DNA of 64,000 bases from Bacteroidales bacterium (GCA_030596605.1 JAUVJI010000002.1:2904-66903), one strand, 5' to 3'; numbered from the stretch's first letter, positions 10,701 to 17,391 are shown. The notes: generated from the sequence alone by a model not told the origin. Numbers and translations: made by a program.

Positions 10701-11245
10701 CAGGATCGGAATATGTAACATGCATTCCAAATACTAATATTACTGACTGGGTAATGGTAGAATTAAGAGAGACAAGTGGCGGAGCTTCAACGGCAACCGG
10801 AGGAACAATGATCGTGCAGCAAGCAGGATTTATCCTGAATGATGGAAATATTGTGGATACAAATAGTACTAACATGATGCATTTTGATGTATTCATTACA
10901 CAAAATCTTTATGTTGTTATCTGGCATAGAAATCATCTGGCTATTATGTCATCCGGACCATTGACAAATGTGGGGGCAACATATTCCTGGGACTTTACAA
11001 CAGGTTCAGGACAGGCTCATGGAACAGATGCCCAGAAAATCCTTGGAGGAGTTTACGGCATGTATGCCGGAGATGGTGATGCCAATGGTACTGTTGAAAC
11101 AGCTGATAAAAGTGCAGTTTGGGGCTCACAGGTTGGAATGAAAGGTTATTACTCAGGTGATTTTGATATGAACGGCCAGGTGATGAACCAGGATAAAAAT
11201 GATGTTTGGTTAGGTAACTTTAATGAACAAACACAGATACCATAA
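7799..11245 (+). CDS. Scaffoldin-like secreted protein: 4 x (cohesin-like + Ig-like) modules, SprB/PKD-like segment, C-terminal LEGPF/HRNHL module with dockerin-like loops; no T9SS CTD
   Basis: Signal peptide MKTKFIIIISALFIITWPVLLQSQ. There are four ~230-aa repeats. Each has a CPG.I.VPI.V......AISL.F.YD...LTY...W.....G..TL block (cohesin-like). Each also has a YQWQ.S.DGG..W......YSGV.SATL.I......GY.YRC block (Ig-like). The C-terminus ends ...NEQTQIP. Confidence 0.85.
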   Translation: MKTKFIIIISALFIITWPVLLQSQTIVTTAGSPSECPGEIVVPITVTNCNGVGAISLVFQHDTGILTYMNYENVHADLSTGLLIVNQTGDKVIISWASTTAANIGSGTLMDIRFSGVTGNSSLTWDTQTPGNCEYSDSNGNILPSSYTNGTATIYQVPEVLDHPDDVTALVNDDVSFSVNALSTGISRLWYRSTDGGTNWFSTGVTSATLNVYDVTLDMDGYLYRCEISGTCSPIAISDEAELTVIQPLITSFDVQDVCPGNITIPILTSNFTDVASLSLAFSYNTSTLTYSGYQNVNSLLPGNFVCNEVGGMVYMTWSTTSPVTFGTDTTLVEIQFTGATGSSNLTWDLTTPGNCEYTYLNADQIVSVFQDNSFTIYQVPQINVQPVDKLIPENTGTSFSVSAVASGINYQWQISTDDGGIWTDMINGGQYSGVTSATLNISSASLSMSGYWYRCIVGGYCLPDAISDPAELIVLPRITAIAGNVSDCPGTITVPIDVTHFINVAAFSLTLNFDEAILTFDNYQSLHSNLSGGSFALNAVDGKVYMTWTSTTPATIGDDLLIELLFTGITGSSSLNWNNSVEGACEFSDLDGNIIFDNYINGNVTVYQPPIITGDPSNQTAPEGTGTSFSVSATGTGLSYQWQESDDDGNNWNNLSNIAPYSGVNTATLQINPVDQTMDAYQYRCRVSGTCPPLVYSSSAILNVIPPVIHTSAGDISNSCTGNITVPIGVSNCNNVGAISLAVNYDNTKLTYEGYQSPNSELSGGMLIINATATQIILSWASVNPADIGFGTLIEYKFKANAGTSTTLIWDTQTLGNCEYSDPDGNIFAMAFNTGDISIAANALVVDAGSDETISPGGSVQLNGSATGGTLPYGIQWTPTNWLTDPNILDPIADPPTTTTYTLTVMDNLGCSGSDEMTVNVTTAGIDLELKAFLEGPFSGTTMGTELNSNNLIPHNHPYSGAPWNYSGSEYVTCIPNTNITDWVMVELRETSGGASTATGGTMIVQQAGFILNDGNIVDTNSTNMMHFDVFITQNLYVVIWHRNHLAIMSSGPLTNVGATYSWDFTTGSGQAHGTDAQKILGGVYGMYAGDGDANGTVETADKSAVWGSQVGMKGYYSGDFDMNGQVMNQDKNDVWLGNFNEQTQIP
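7871..10325 (+). repeat. Four tandem ~690-nt coding repeats (cohesin-like + Ig-like module)
   Basis: Module boundaries are marked by ...IYQVPE (about 8263), ...IYQVPQ (about 8935), ...VYQPP (about 9625) and ...ISIAAN (about 10325). Confidence 0.8.
10577..11242 (+). other. LEGPF/HRNHL module copy A (domain I could not match to a named family, with two dockerin/EF-hand-like loops)
   Basis: IDLELKAFLEGPF...DWVMVELRETSGGAS...HRNHLAIMS...GDGDANGTVETAD...GDFDMNGQVMNQDKND...QIP. Confidence 0.8.
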
Positions 11246-11545
11246 AATCGGGATAATTCATCCGATGACTTCGAGTCATCGGATGAATCTCTACTTATTC
11301 GTCTGATCACTGTCCATGTGTATGCCTTGCACGCAGTGGTCTGACGAATAATAAAAGGAAAAAACACAGGTTATGAATTAATTGTAAGTTCATTGAAATT
11401 TAAAATATACATAAGAAAGGAGGCAATAAGTTTATTGATCTTTGTAAACCAAAATTTACGAACTTGCTATTTTAGAAAGGAACTTTAATCTTCGCAAATA
11501 TTATCCAAATGAGGGCCCCGTTTTAGCTTACGGGGTTCTTTTTTA
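11246..11545 (+). repeat. Conserved structured non-coding element, copy 1 (two long hairpins, conserved blocks, GCAAATA-TATCCAAA motif, intrinsic terminator); candidate ncRNA or structured 3-prime UTR
   Basis: Hairpin 1 at 11257-11287 is TTCATCCGATGACT-TCG-AGTCATCGGATGAA, a perfect 14-bp stem. Hairpin 2 at 11297-11349 is ATTCGTCTGATCACTG...CAGTGGTCTGACGAAT. It has a homolog at 17096-17391. Confidence 0.6.
11513..11545 (+). terminator. Intrinsic terminator-like hairpin plus T-run
   Basis: GGGCCCCGTTTTAGCTTACGGGGTTCTTTTTT. Confidence 0.6.
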
Positions 11546-11608
11546 TATAGTTAGTGATTCCGAAACATAGATTTATCTCAGAAACTTCTACTTTGTTATA
11601 GGTTATCT

Positions 11609-11650
11609 TCGCAAATAATAATCCAACCCCGGCAAATAATAATTCATGTC
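11609..11650 (+). repeat. GCAAATAATAATCCAA-CCCCGG-CAAATAATAATTC motif pair upstream of the 11749 gene
   Basis: CTTCGCAAATAATAATCCAACCCCGGCAAATAATAATTCATG belongs to the same family as 1963-2016, 11493-11510, 17341-17358 and 18551-18567. Confidence 0.45.
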
Positions 11651-11748
11651 ATATTTATCAGATTTGTATATTTAGTTTTACAATATTAAATCCGGTATGA
11701 ATTTAACTTCTGTTAATAACAATAAATATGTAACTAAAACTTATCACA

Positions 11749-14529
11749 ATGAAAACAAAATTATTCATCCCGAAAGCTTTCGGGATCAAATCAATCATCT
11801 TCGGTGTCCTGTTTTTTGGGTTATTATTAAGCCACAGTGCAAATGCCCAGCCCAACCTATGGGGAATGACTTCCTTTGATTATTCGGGTCATTATGGCGT
11901 AATATACTGCTATAACGCAAGTACGGACATTTATACCGTAAAACATTTTTTCGACGAAACAGACGGTGGTCAACCAAGCTATGGATTAATACAGGCTTCT
12001 GACGGGCTGTTATATGGAGTGACAGATTTAGGAGGTGATAATGATGCAGGTGTAATCTTTAAAATTGACCCGGCTAACGGTAATTTTACCAAAATTCACG
12101 ATTTTTATTGGTGGACTGGTACATGGCCTTCAGGTACCTTATTGCAGGCTTCTGACGGGCTGTTATATGGAATGACGAATGGAGGAGGGGACAATGGCTA
12201 TGGTGTTATCTATAAAATCGACCCAAATAATAATGATTTTACCAAAATACATGATTTTAATGGAATGGATGGGGGTTATACAATGGGAGGCTTAATGCAG
12301 GCTTCTAACGGGCTATTATATGGAATGACGTATGAAGGAGGGGACGATGACTGTGGTGTTATCTTTAAAATTGACCCAACTAATAATGATTTTACCAAAA
12401 TACACGATTTTGATTGGACAGACGGAATATGGCCAATAAACAATCTAATACAAGCTTCAAACGGGTTGCTATATGGAATGACATATGATGGTAATTATTA
12501 TGGAGTTATTTTTAAAATTGACCCGGCTGACGATACTTTCACAAAAACATACGATTTTAATTCGGAGGGCAGAAGTCCGTGTGGTGGTTTATTTGAGGCT
12601 TCTGACGGGCTGCTATATGGAATGACGTATGAAGGAGGAGACAATGACTGTGGTGTTCTCTTTAAATATGAACCGCTTAACGATACTTACACCAAAATTG
12701 CCGATTTTAACGGAACAAACGGGGCTAATCCATACAGCACTTTAATGCAGGCTTCCGATGGACTTTTATATGGCTACACAACTGATGGAGGCTCTACCAG
12801 TGATGGCAATATATTTAAATATGACATCACCACCGGGATTCTGACAGGTATTTATGATTTTGACGGAACAAACGGAAATGATCCTTTTTTTGGTAGTTTG
12901 GTAGAGGTAAGTACAAGTGTCACTGTAAGCTGCACTACTCCTGTAACTCCGTTAAATGCAACAACCGGTATAAGTGTTAACACCTCTCTGGAATGGAATA
13001 GCGTACCGGAGGCTGATGCATACCTGTTATACTTCGGAACTGATAATCCGCCAACAAACATTGAAGATGAATTGGATGTGGGAAATGTTACATCATACAC
13101 TCCATGTATAGCATTGGGTTATGACCAAACATATTATTGGCAGGTTATACCTTATAATTCAACCAACACGGCTTTAGGATGTGATATTTGGTCGTTTACA
13201 ACAGAAGACAACAGGATTGATCTTGACCTTACAGTTTATCTCGAAGGGCCATACGATGGCACCGATATGGATACGGATCTTAATCCCGAACTCATCCCTT
13301 TATCCCAACCTTATAACGATCCTTTGAAATGGGATTACCAGGGAATGGAAATTGTTGATAGTATTCCGAATGTGAATGTGGTTGACTGGGTGTTGATAGA
13401 ATTAAGGGAAACCACTGGGGATGCATCAACTGCCCGGCCCGGCACTATGATTGCAAGGCAAGCTGCTTTCCTGTTGAATGATGGGTCTGTTGTTGGTTTG
13501 GATGGTACAGACAACGCATGCGTTGTCTCGTCCCCCATTACCAACAATCTGTTCGTTGTAATCTATCACCGCAACCACCTCGAAATAATGTCAGCCAATC
13601 CATTATCCGAATCAGGAGGGGTTTATACTTACGATTTTACAACACCTGAAGGACAGGCTTATGGAACAGATGCACAGAAAAACCTCGGTGGAAATTACGG
13701 GATGTATGCCGGAGATGGTGATGCCAATGATACTGTTGAAATCGCAGATATAAACAACACCTGGAATTTGCAGGCTGGGAAGAATGGTTACTATTCCGGT
13801 GATTTTGATATGGACAGTGAGGTTAATAATATTGACAAAAATGATGTTTGGTTAAATAATATTGGTATGGCTTGCCAGATGCCGGTTGAAATCCCTGTTA
13901 TTTGTGGTGATCCGTTCACAGATTACCGAGACGGGCAAAGTTATAACACAGTACAAATAGGCACACAATGCTGGATGTCCGAATACCTGAACATTGGTAC
14001 TATGGTAAACGGCAACTGCAACCAAAGCAATAACAGCACTATTGAAAAATACTGTTATGGCAACAACACAAGCAATTGTGATACCTATGGCGGCCTGTAC
14101 CAATGGAATGAGATAATGCAATATGTCACAACACCAGCTGTACAAGGTATTTGCCCTGCCGGCTGGCATTTACCGACTGATGATGAATGGAAAACTATGG
14201 AAATGCATCTCGGTATGACACAAGCCCAGGCTGATGCGACAGGTTGGCGAGGTACTGATGAAGGGGGCAAGCTCAAAGAATTTGGTACAGATCATTGGAC
14301 TTCACCCAATACAGGGGCAACAAATTCGAGTGGTTTCACAGCCTTACCGACTGGTCACCGTAACATCAACGGAAATTTCTGGAATCTCACGAATAACGGC
14401 CAATGTTGGTCATCAAGCGAGAACGGTTATGCCGCATGGAACAGATACCTGGAACATGTTAGCGCACAGGTGTGGCGGAGCGCCAACAACAAGATGGACG
14501 CCTTCGGGGTACGTTGTGTGCTGGATTGA
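11749..14529 (+). CDS. Secreted protein: GloVer-type (Gloeo_Verruco-like) repeat propeller, FN3-like domain, LEGPY/HRNHL module, C-terminal FISUMP (Fibrobacter succinogenes major paralogous) domain
   Basis: Signal peptide ...LLLSHSANAQ. About six to seven ~51-aa repeats read QASDGLLYGMT..GG..G.GVIFKIDP....FTKIHDF. The LEGPY...HRNHLEIMS...GDGDANDTVEIAD...GDFDMDSEVNNID module spans 13216-13896. The C-terminal CGDPFTDYRDGQSYNTVQIGTQCWM...CPAGWHLPTDDEW...GVRCVLD matches the FISUMP signature. Confidence 0.85.
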   Translation: MKTKLFIPKAFGIKSIIFGVLFFGLLLSHSANAQPNLWGMTSFDYSGHYGVIYCYNASTDIYTVKHFFDETDGGQPSYGLIQASDGLLYGVTDLGGDNDAGVIFKIDPANGNFTKIHDFYWWTGTWPSGTLLQASDGLLYGMTNGGGDNGYGVIYKIDPNNNDFTKIHDFNGMDGGYTMGGLMQASNGLLYGMTYEGGDDDCGVIFKIDPTNNDFTKIHDFDWTDGIWPINNLIQASNGLLYGMTYDGNYYGVIFKIDPADDTFTKTYDFNSEGRSPCGGLFEASDGLLYGMTYEGGDNDCGVLFKYEPLNDTYTKIADFNGTNGANPYSTLMQASDGLLYGYTTDGGSTSDGNIFKYDITTGILTGIYDFDGTNGNDPFFGSLVEVSTSVTVSCTTPVTPLNATTGISVNTSLEWNSVPEADAYLLYFGTDNPPTNIEDELDVGNVTSYTPCIALGYDQTYYWQVIPYNSTNTALGCDIWSFTTEDNRIDLDLTVYLEGPYDGTDMDTDLNPELIPLSQPYNDPLKWDYQGMEIVDSIPNVNVVDWVLIELRETTGDASTARPGTMIARQAAFLLNDGSVVGLDGTDNACVVSSPITNNLFVVIYHRNHLEIMSANPLSESGGVYTYDFTTPEGQAYGTDAQKNLGGNYGMYAGDGDANDTVEIADINNTWNLQAGKNGYYSGDFDMDSEVNNIDKNDVWLNNIGMACQMPVEIPVICGDPFTDYRDGQSYNTVQIGTQCWMSEYLNIGTMVNGNCNQSNNSTIEKYCYGNNTSNCDTYGGLYQWNEIMQYVTTPAVQGICPAGWHLPTDDEWKTMEMHLGMTQAQADATGWRGTDEGGKLKEFGTDHWTSPNTGATNSSGFTALPTGHRNINGNFWNLTNNGQCWSSSENGYAAWNRYLEHVSAQVWRSANNKMDAFGVRCVLD
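11950..12900 (+). repeat. Tandem ~153-nt coding repeats (GloVer-type blades)
   Basis: CAGGCTTCTGACGGGCTGTTATATGG-like cores start at 11992, 12145, 12298, 12451, 12595 and 12748. Spacing is 153 nt, with one step of 144. Confidence 0.85.
13216..13896 (+). other. LEGPF/HRNHL module copy B (internal, followed by the FISUMP domain)
   Basis: IDLDLTVYLEGPY...DWVLIELRETTGDAS...HRNHLEIMS...GDGDANDTVEIAD...GDFDMDSEVNNIDKND...EIP. Confidence 0.8.
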
Positions 14530-14581
14530 TTTGAGTAAATTTGTAATAAAAATAATAAATATACCTTAAAAATAAATCATC

Positions 14582-17095
14582 ATGAAAAATCTCATTCTAA
14601 TTAACTTTTTAGTTTTGTTTCTAATTACTTTTTTAACAGGCCAGGTTATTTCTGATTTTGAAATTGAAGATGATACTGAAAATTGGCATTCCGAAGGTGA
14701 TGGCAATTATGGTTGGGAATCAGGCACAGGAAACCCTGGTGGATGTTTTCGTGTAAATGATTATGCCACAGGAGATATGAACCGTGCTTATGCGCCGGTG
14801 AAATTTCTTGGTGACTGGTCATCCGCCACAACAAGTGATTCTATTTCCGCTGACATTTTTCTACATGACATGGGCGGAGGGTATGTAAATCCTAATTTTG
14901 TATTCAGGATTGTTGGCCCGGGAGGTTCTGCTATTGCTATATATGATCCTATACCTACGCCACCACATGATACCTGGATCACCTATTCTGTAAACCTAAT
15001 TGAAAATGATTGGTTTGTTGAATACGGCACATGGGCTGATATTCTTCAACATGTTAGCACATTTATCGTTACAATGGAATATATCAGTGGTGATGAATAT
15101 AATTTGTTAGACAATGTAACTCTTTCTTTTACGCCCATTGCAGTTCCCATTACTCCTGTTCTGTGTTCAGATTTTGAAAGCGGCTTATTTGAAGGATGGT
15201 CGGTAAATGATGCCGGGAGTGCTTCAATAGCAAGCACCGGTGGTAACCCTGGGAAATATCTTAAAATTAATGATGGCACCGGGAATTCAATAGCTGTGCC
15301 TTCATCTATCTATCACGGTGACTGGTCATTACTTGACGGCCATAATGCAGAGATCCATATAGACTATCTGATTACAGATATTAACGGGCCAACCTATTTA
15401 CATGATTTTTTTGTGAAAATTGCAGGTCCGGGGGGCGAAGCAACATATCCCATTGATAACAATATTGAGTTGGCTTTTAACAAATGGCATTCATTTGGTA
15501 TTCCAATTGAGCAAGCAGGCTGGATAATTTTAAGTGGCGATTGGAATTCGTTGATGGATTTTGTGGACGACATCCAAATTGTTGCCGAATTTATCTCTGG
15601 GGATGAAACCGTCGGGATTGATAATTTTTGCATTTCCAATTTACCGCCTTCAACGGAATTTATGGCTGAAAAGATATTTGTCTATTTGGGTGAAACAGTG
15701 CAGTTTTTCGATCAAACAACATCAGCACCGCAAACCTGGAATTGGGATTTTGGCGATTCCGGATCGAGCACAGAAGTTAATCCTTCTCATCAGTACCTTG
15801 CCCCGGGATTATATACAGTATCTTTAACTACAACCAACTACTTCGGTAATAGCACTGAAACAAAAACAGGATACATTGAAGTATATCCGGTTGATCAGTG
15901 TTTAAAGTTTGAAGATGATTTTGACGATAATATTATTCATCAAGCCTGGTCTTTTAAAAATGGGACTTGGAACGAAACATCCGGATTGATGAGGCAATCT
16001 TCAAATCATTATGTATCTGGTAATTACTTGGAAGGCTGTTTTGCTATTACAGGCAGTTTATTGTGGAACGATTATATTGTTTCCTGTGATTTCCGGTCAA
16101 CTGACAATGATATAATTGGTTTTGTTTTTAACTACCAGGATGAACAAAACATGTATATGTTCAGATGGAGGTTGAATCCTTTATACAGATCACTGTTTAA
16201 ATATGAAAACGGAGTTGAAACAGAACTTGCAACTGATAATGTCGGATATATTGAAAACGACTGGTACCATGCTGACATATACTCTTTAGACGGTAATATC
16301 GTGCTTGCTATTAATGGGGTGGAAATTTTTAGTGTTTTTGATGATACATTTACAAATGGGAAAGTTGGGTTGTATTGCTTTGGTAACCAATCCAGTTATT
16401 ATGATAATTTCAAGGTGGAATGTCCGGGGACACCTGTTGAGCTTAAAGTATTTTTAGAAGGGCCTTTTACAGGGTCTGAAATGACCACCGGCTTAAATGA
16501 CCAGAATATTCTTGCATTAAACAATCCCTATCCTAACGCTCCCTGGAATCATACCGGAACAGAAGGAGTGCTTTCATTTTCCAATCCGGATGTAACTGAC
16601 TGGGTGCTGGTAGATTTCAGGGATACTACATCGGCAAGTGCGGCACTACCCGCCTCTTCTATTGGAACCAAAGCAGCGTTGTTATTAAAAAACGGTCAAG
16701 TTATTTCACCTTATGGAGGATTGCCATTGTATCTTAATGCCACCATTAATAATAATCTTTATATTGTTATTCAGCACAGGAACCATTTGGGAATCTTGTC
16801 AGCAAATCCGGTAACAGAAGCCGGCGGAATGTATTCGTATGACTTTACAAACGGATCAGGACAGGCTTATGGAACAAATGCACAGAAAAATCTCGGTGGA
16901 ATTTATGGAATGTATGCCGGAGATGGTGATGCCAATGGAACTATTGAAGTGTCCGATATAAACAACATCTGGGGTTCACAGGTTGGAAAGATAGGATACT
17001 GGTCTGGTGATTTTGATATGAACGGGCAAGTGATGAATCAGGATAAAAATGATGTGTGGTTTTTGAATATAAACGAACAAACACAGATACCATAA
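14582..17095 (+). CDS. Secreted protein: two ~170-aa N-terminal repeats, PKD domain, LamG/concanavalin-like (DUF1080-like) domain, C-terminal LEGPF/HRNHL module; no T9SS CTD
   Basis: Signal peptide MKNLILINFLVLFLITFLTGQ. PKD signature WNWDFGDSGSSTEVNPSHQYLAPGLYTVSLT. A LamG-like block reads FEDDFDD...GFVFNYQDEQNMYMFRW...GKVGLYCF. The C-terminal module spans 16436-17092 and ends ...NEQTQIP. Confidence 0.85.
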   Translation: MKNLILINFLVLFLITFLTGQVISDFEIEDDTENWHSEGDGNYGWESGTGNPGGCFRVNDYATGDMNRAYAPVKFLGDWSSATTSDSISADIFLHDMGGGYVNPNFVFRIVGPGGSAIAIYDPIPTPPHDTWITYSVNLIENDWFVEYGTWADILQHVSTFIVTMEYISGDEYNLLDNVTLSFTPIAVPITPVLCSDFESGLFEGWSVNDAGSASIASTGGNPGKYLKINDGTGNSIAVPSSIYHGDWSLLDGHNAEIHIDYLITDINGPTYLHDFFVKIAGPGGEATYPIDNNIELAFNKWHSFGIPIEQAGWIILSGDWNSLMDFVDDIQIVAEFISGDETVGIDNFCISNLPPSTEFMAEKIFVYLGETVQFFDQTTSAPQTWNWDFGDSGSSTEVNPSHQYLAPGLYTVSLTTTNYFGNSTETKTGYIEVYPVDQCLKFEDDFDDNIIHQAWSFKNGTWNETSGLMRQSSNHYVSGNYLEGCFAITGSLLWNDYIVSCDFRSTDNDIIGFVFNYQDEQNMYMFRWRLNPLYRSLFKYENGVETELATDNVGYIENDWYHADIYSLDGNIVLAINGVEIFSVFDDTFTNGKVGLYCFGNQSSYYDNFKVECPGTPVELKVFLEGPFTGSEMTTGLNDQNILALNNPYPNAPWNHTGTEGVLSFSNPDVTDWVLVDFRDTTSASAALPASSIGTKAALLLKNGQVISPYGGLPLYLNATINNNLYIVIQHRNHLGILSANPVTEAGGMYSYDFTNGSGQAYGTNAQKNLGGIYGMYAGDGDANGTIEVSDINNIWGSQVGKIGYWSGDFDMNGQVMNQDKNDVWFLNINEQTQIP
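16436..17092 (+). other. LEGPF/HRNHL module copy C
   Basis: VELKVFLEGPF...DWVLVDFRDTTSAS...HRNHLGILS...GDGDANGTIEVSD...GDFDMNGQVMNQDKND...QIP. Confidence 0.8.
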
Positions 17096-17391
17096 AATCG
17101 GGATAATTCATCCGATGACTTCGAGTCATCGGATGAATCTCTACTTATTCGTCTGACCACTGCCGGTGCGTATGCTTGGGGCGCAGTGGTCTGACGAATA
17201 CTAAAGAAAAAATACACGTTCCTTATTAATTGTAAATTCAGAAAAATTAAAATAATAGTAAGAAAGGAGGAAAACCACTTTACAATCTTTGCAAACCAAA
17301 ATTATTGAATTTGCAATTTTAGAAAGGAACTATAAATCTTCGCAAATAATATCCAAATAAACCCCTGTTAAAAAAATCAGGGGTTTTTTTA
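17096..17391 (+). repeat. Conserved structured non-coding element, copy 2
   Basis: The first ~64 nt after the stop codon are identical to copy 1. Hairpin 1 spans 17107-17137 and hairpin 2 spans 17147-17199 (17-bp stem with one T-T mismatch). Shared blocks are TTAATTGTAA, TAAGAAAGGAGG, ATCTTTGCAAACCAAAATT and TTTTAGAAAGGAACT. It ends with CTTCGCAAATAATATCCAAAT and a terminator. Confidence 0.6.
17360..17391 (+). terminator. Intrinsic terminator-like hairpin plus T-run
   Basis: AACCCCTGTTAAAAAAATCAGGGGTTTTTTT. Confidence 0.65.

Noticed and set aside
11297-11349. Integron attC-like interpretation of the imperfect hairpins that follow genes (gene-cassette array idea)
   Set aside because: No integron integrase, no attI, and no GTTRRRY-type core sites flank the hairpins. 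Only some genes are followed by the element, and two copies are explained by duplication of a gene end.
11420-11432. Strong Shine-Dalgarno-like AAGAAAGGAGG (also at 17260-17272), suggesting a small ORF in the conserved non-coding element
   Set aside because: No ATG follows within a usable distance in either copy, and no conserved reading frame is shared between the two copies. It is treated as a conserved RNA block instead.
14280-14529. Possible DGR variable region at the C-terminus of the FISUMP/lectin-like domain
   Set aside because: I found no second (template) copy of this segment in the 64 kb, no reverse transcriptase gene and no accessory gene. The idea is kept only as a genome-wide check.
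14234-14569. 111-aa alternative-frame ORF overlapping the end of the 11749 gene, plus minus-strand ORFs 13852-14169 and 14085-14276
   Set aside because: They overlap a domain with a clear FISUMP signature in the main frame. They probably arise from locally lower AT content, which leaves fewer stop codons.
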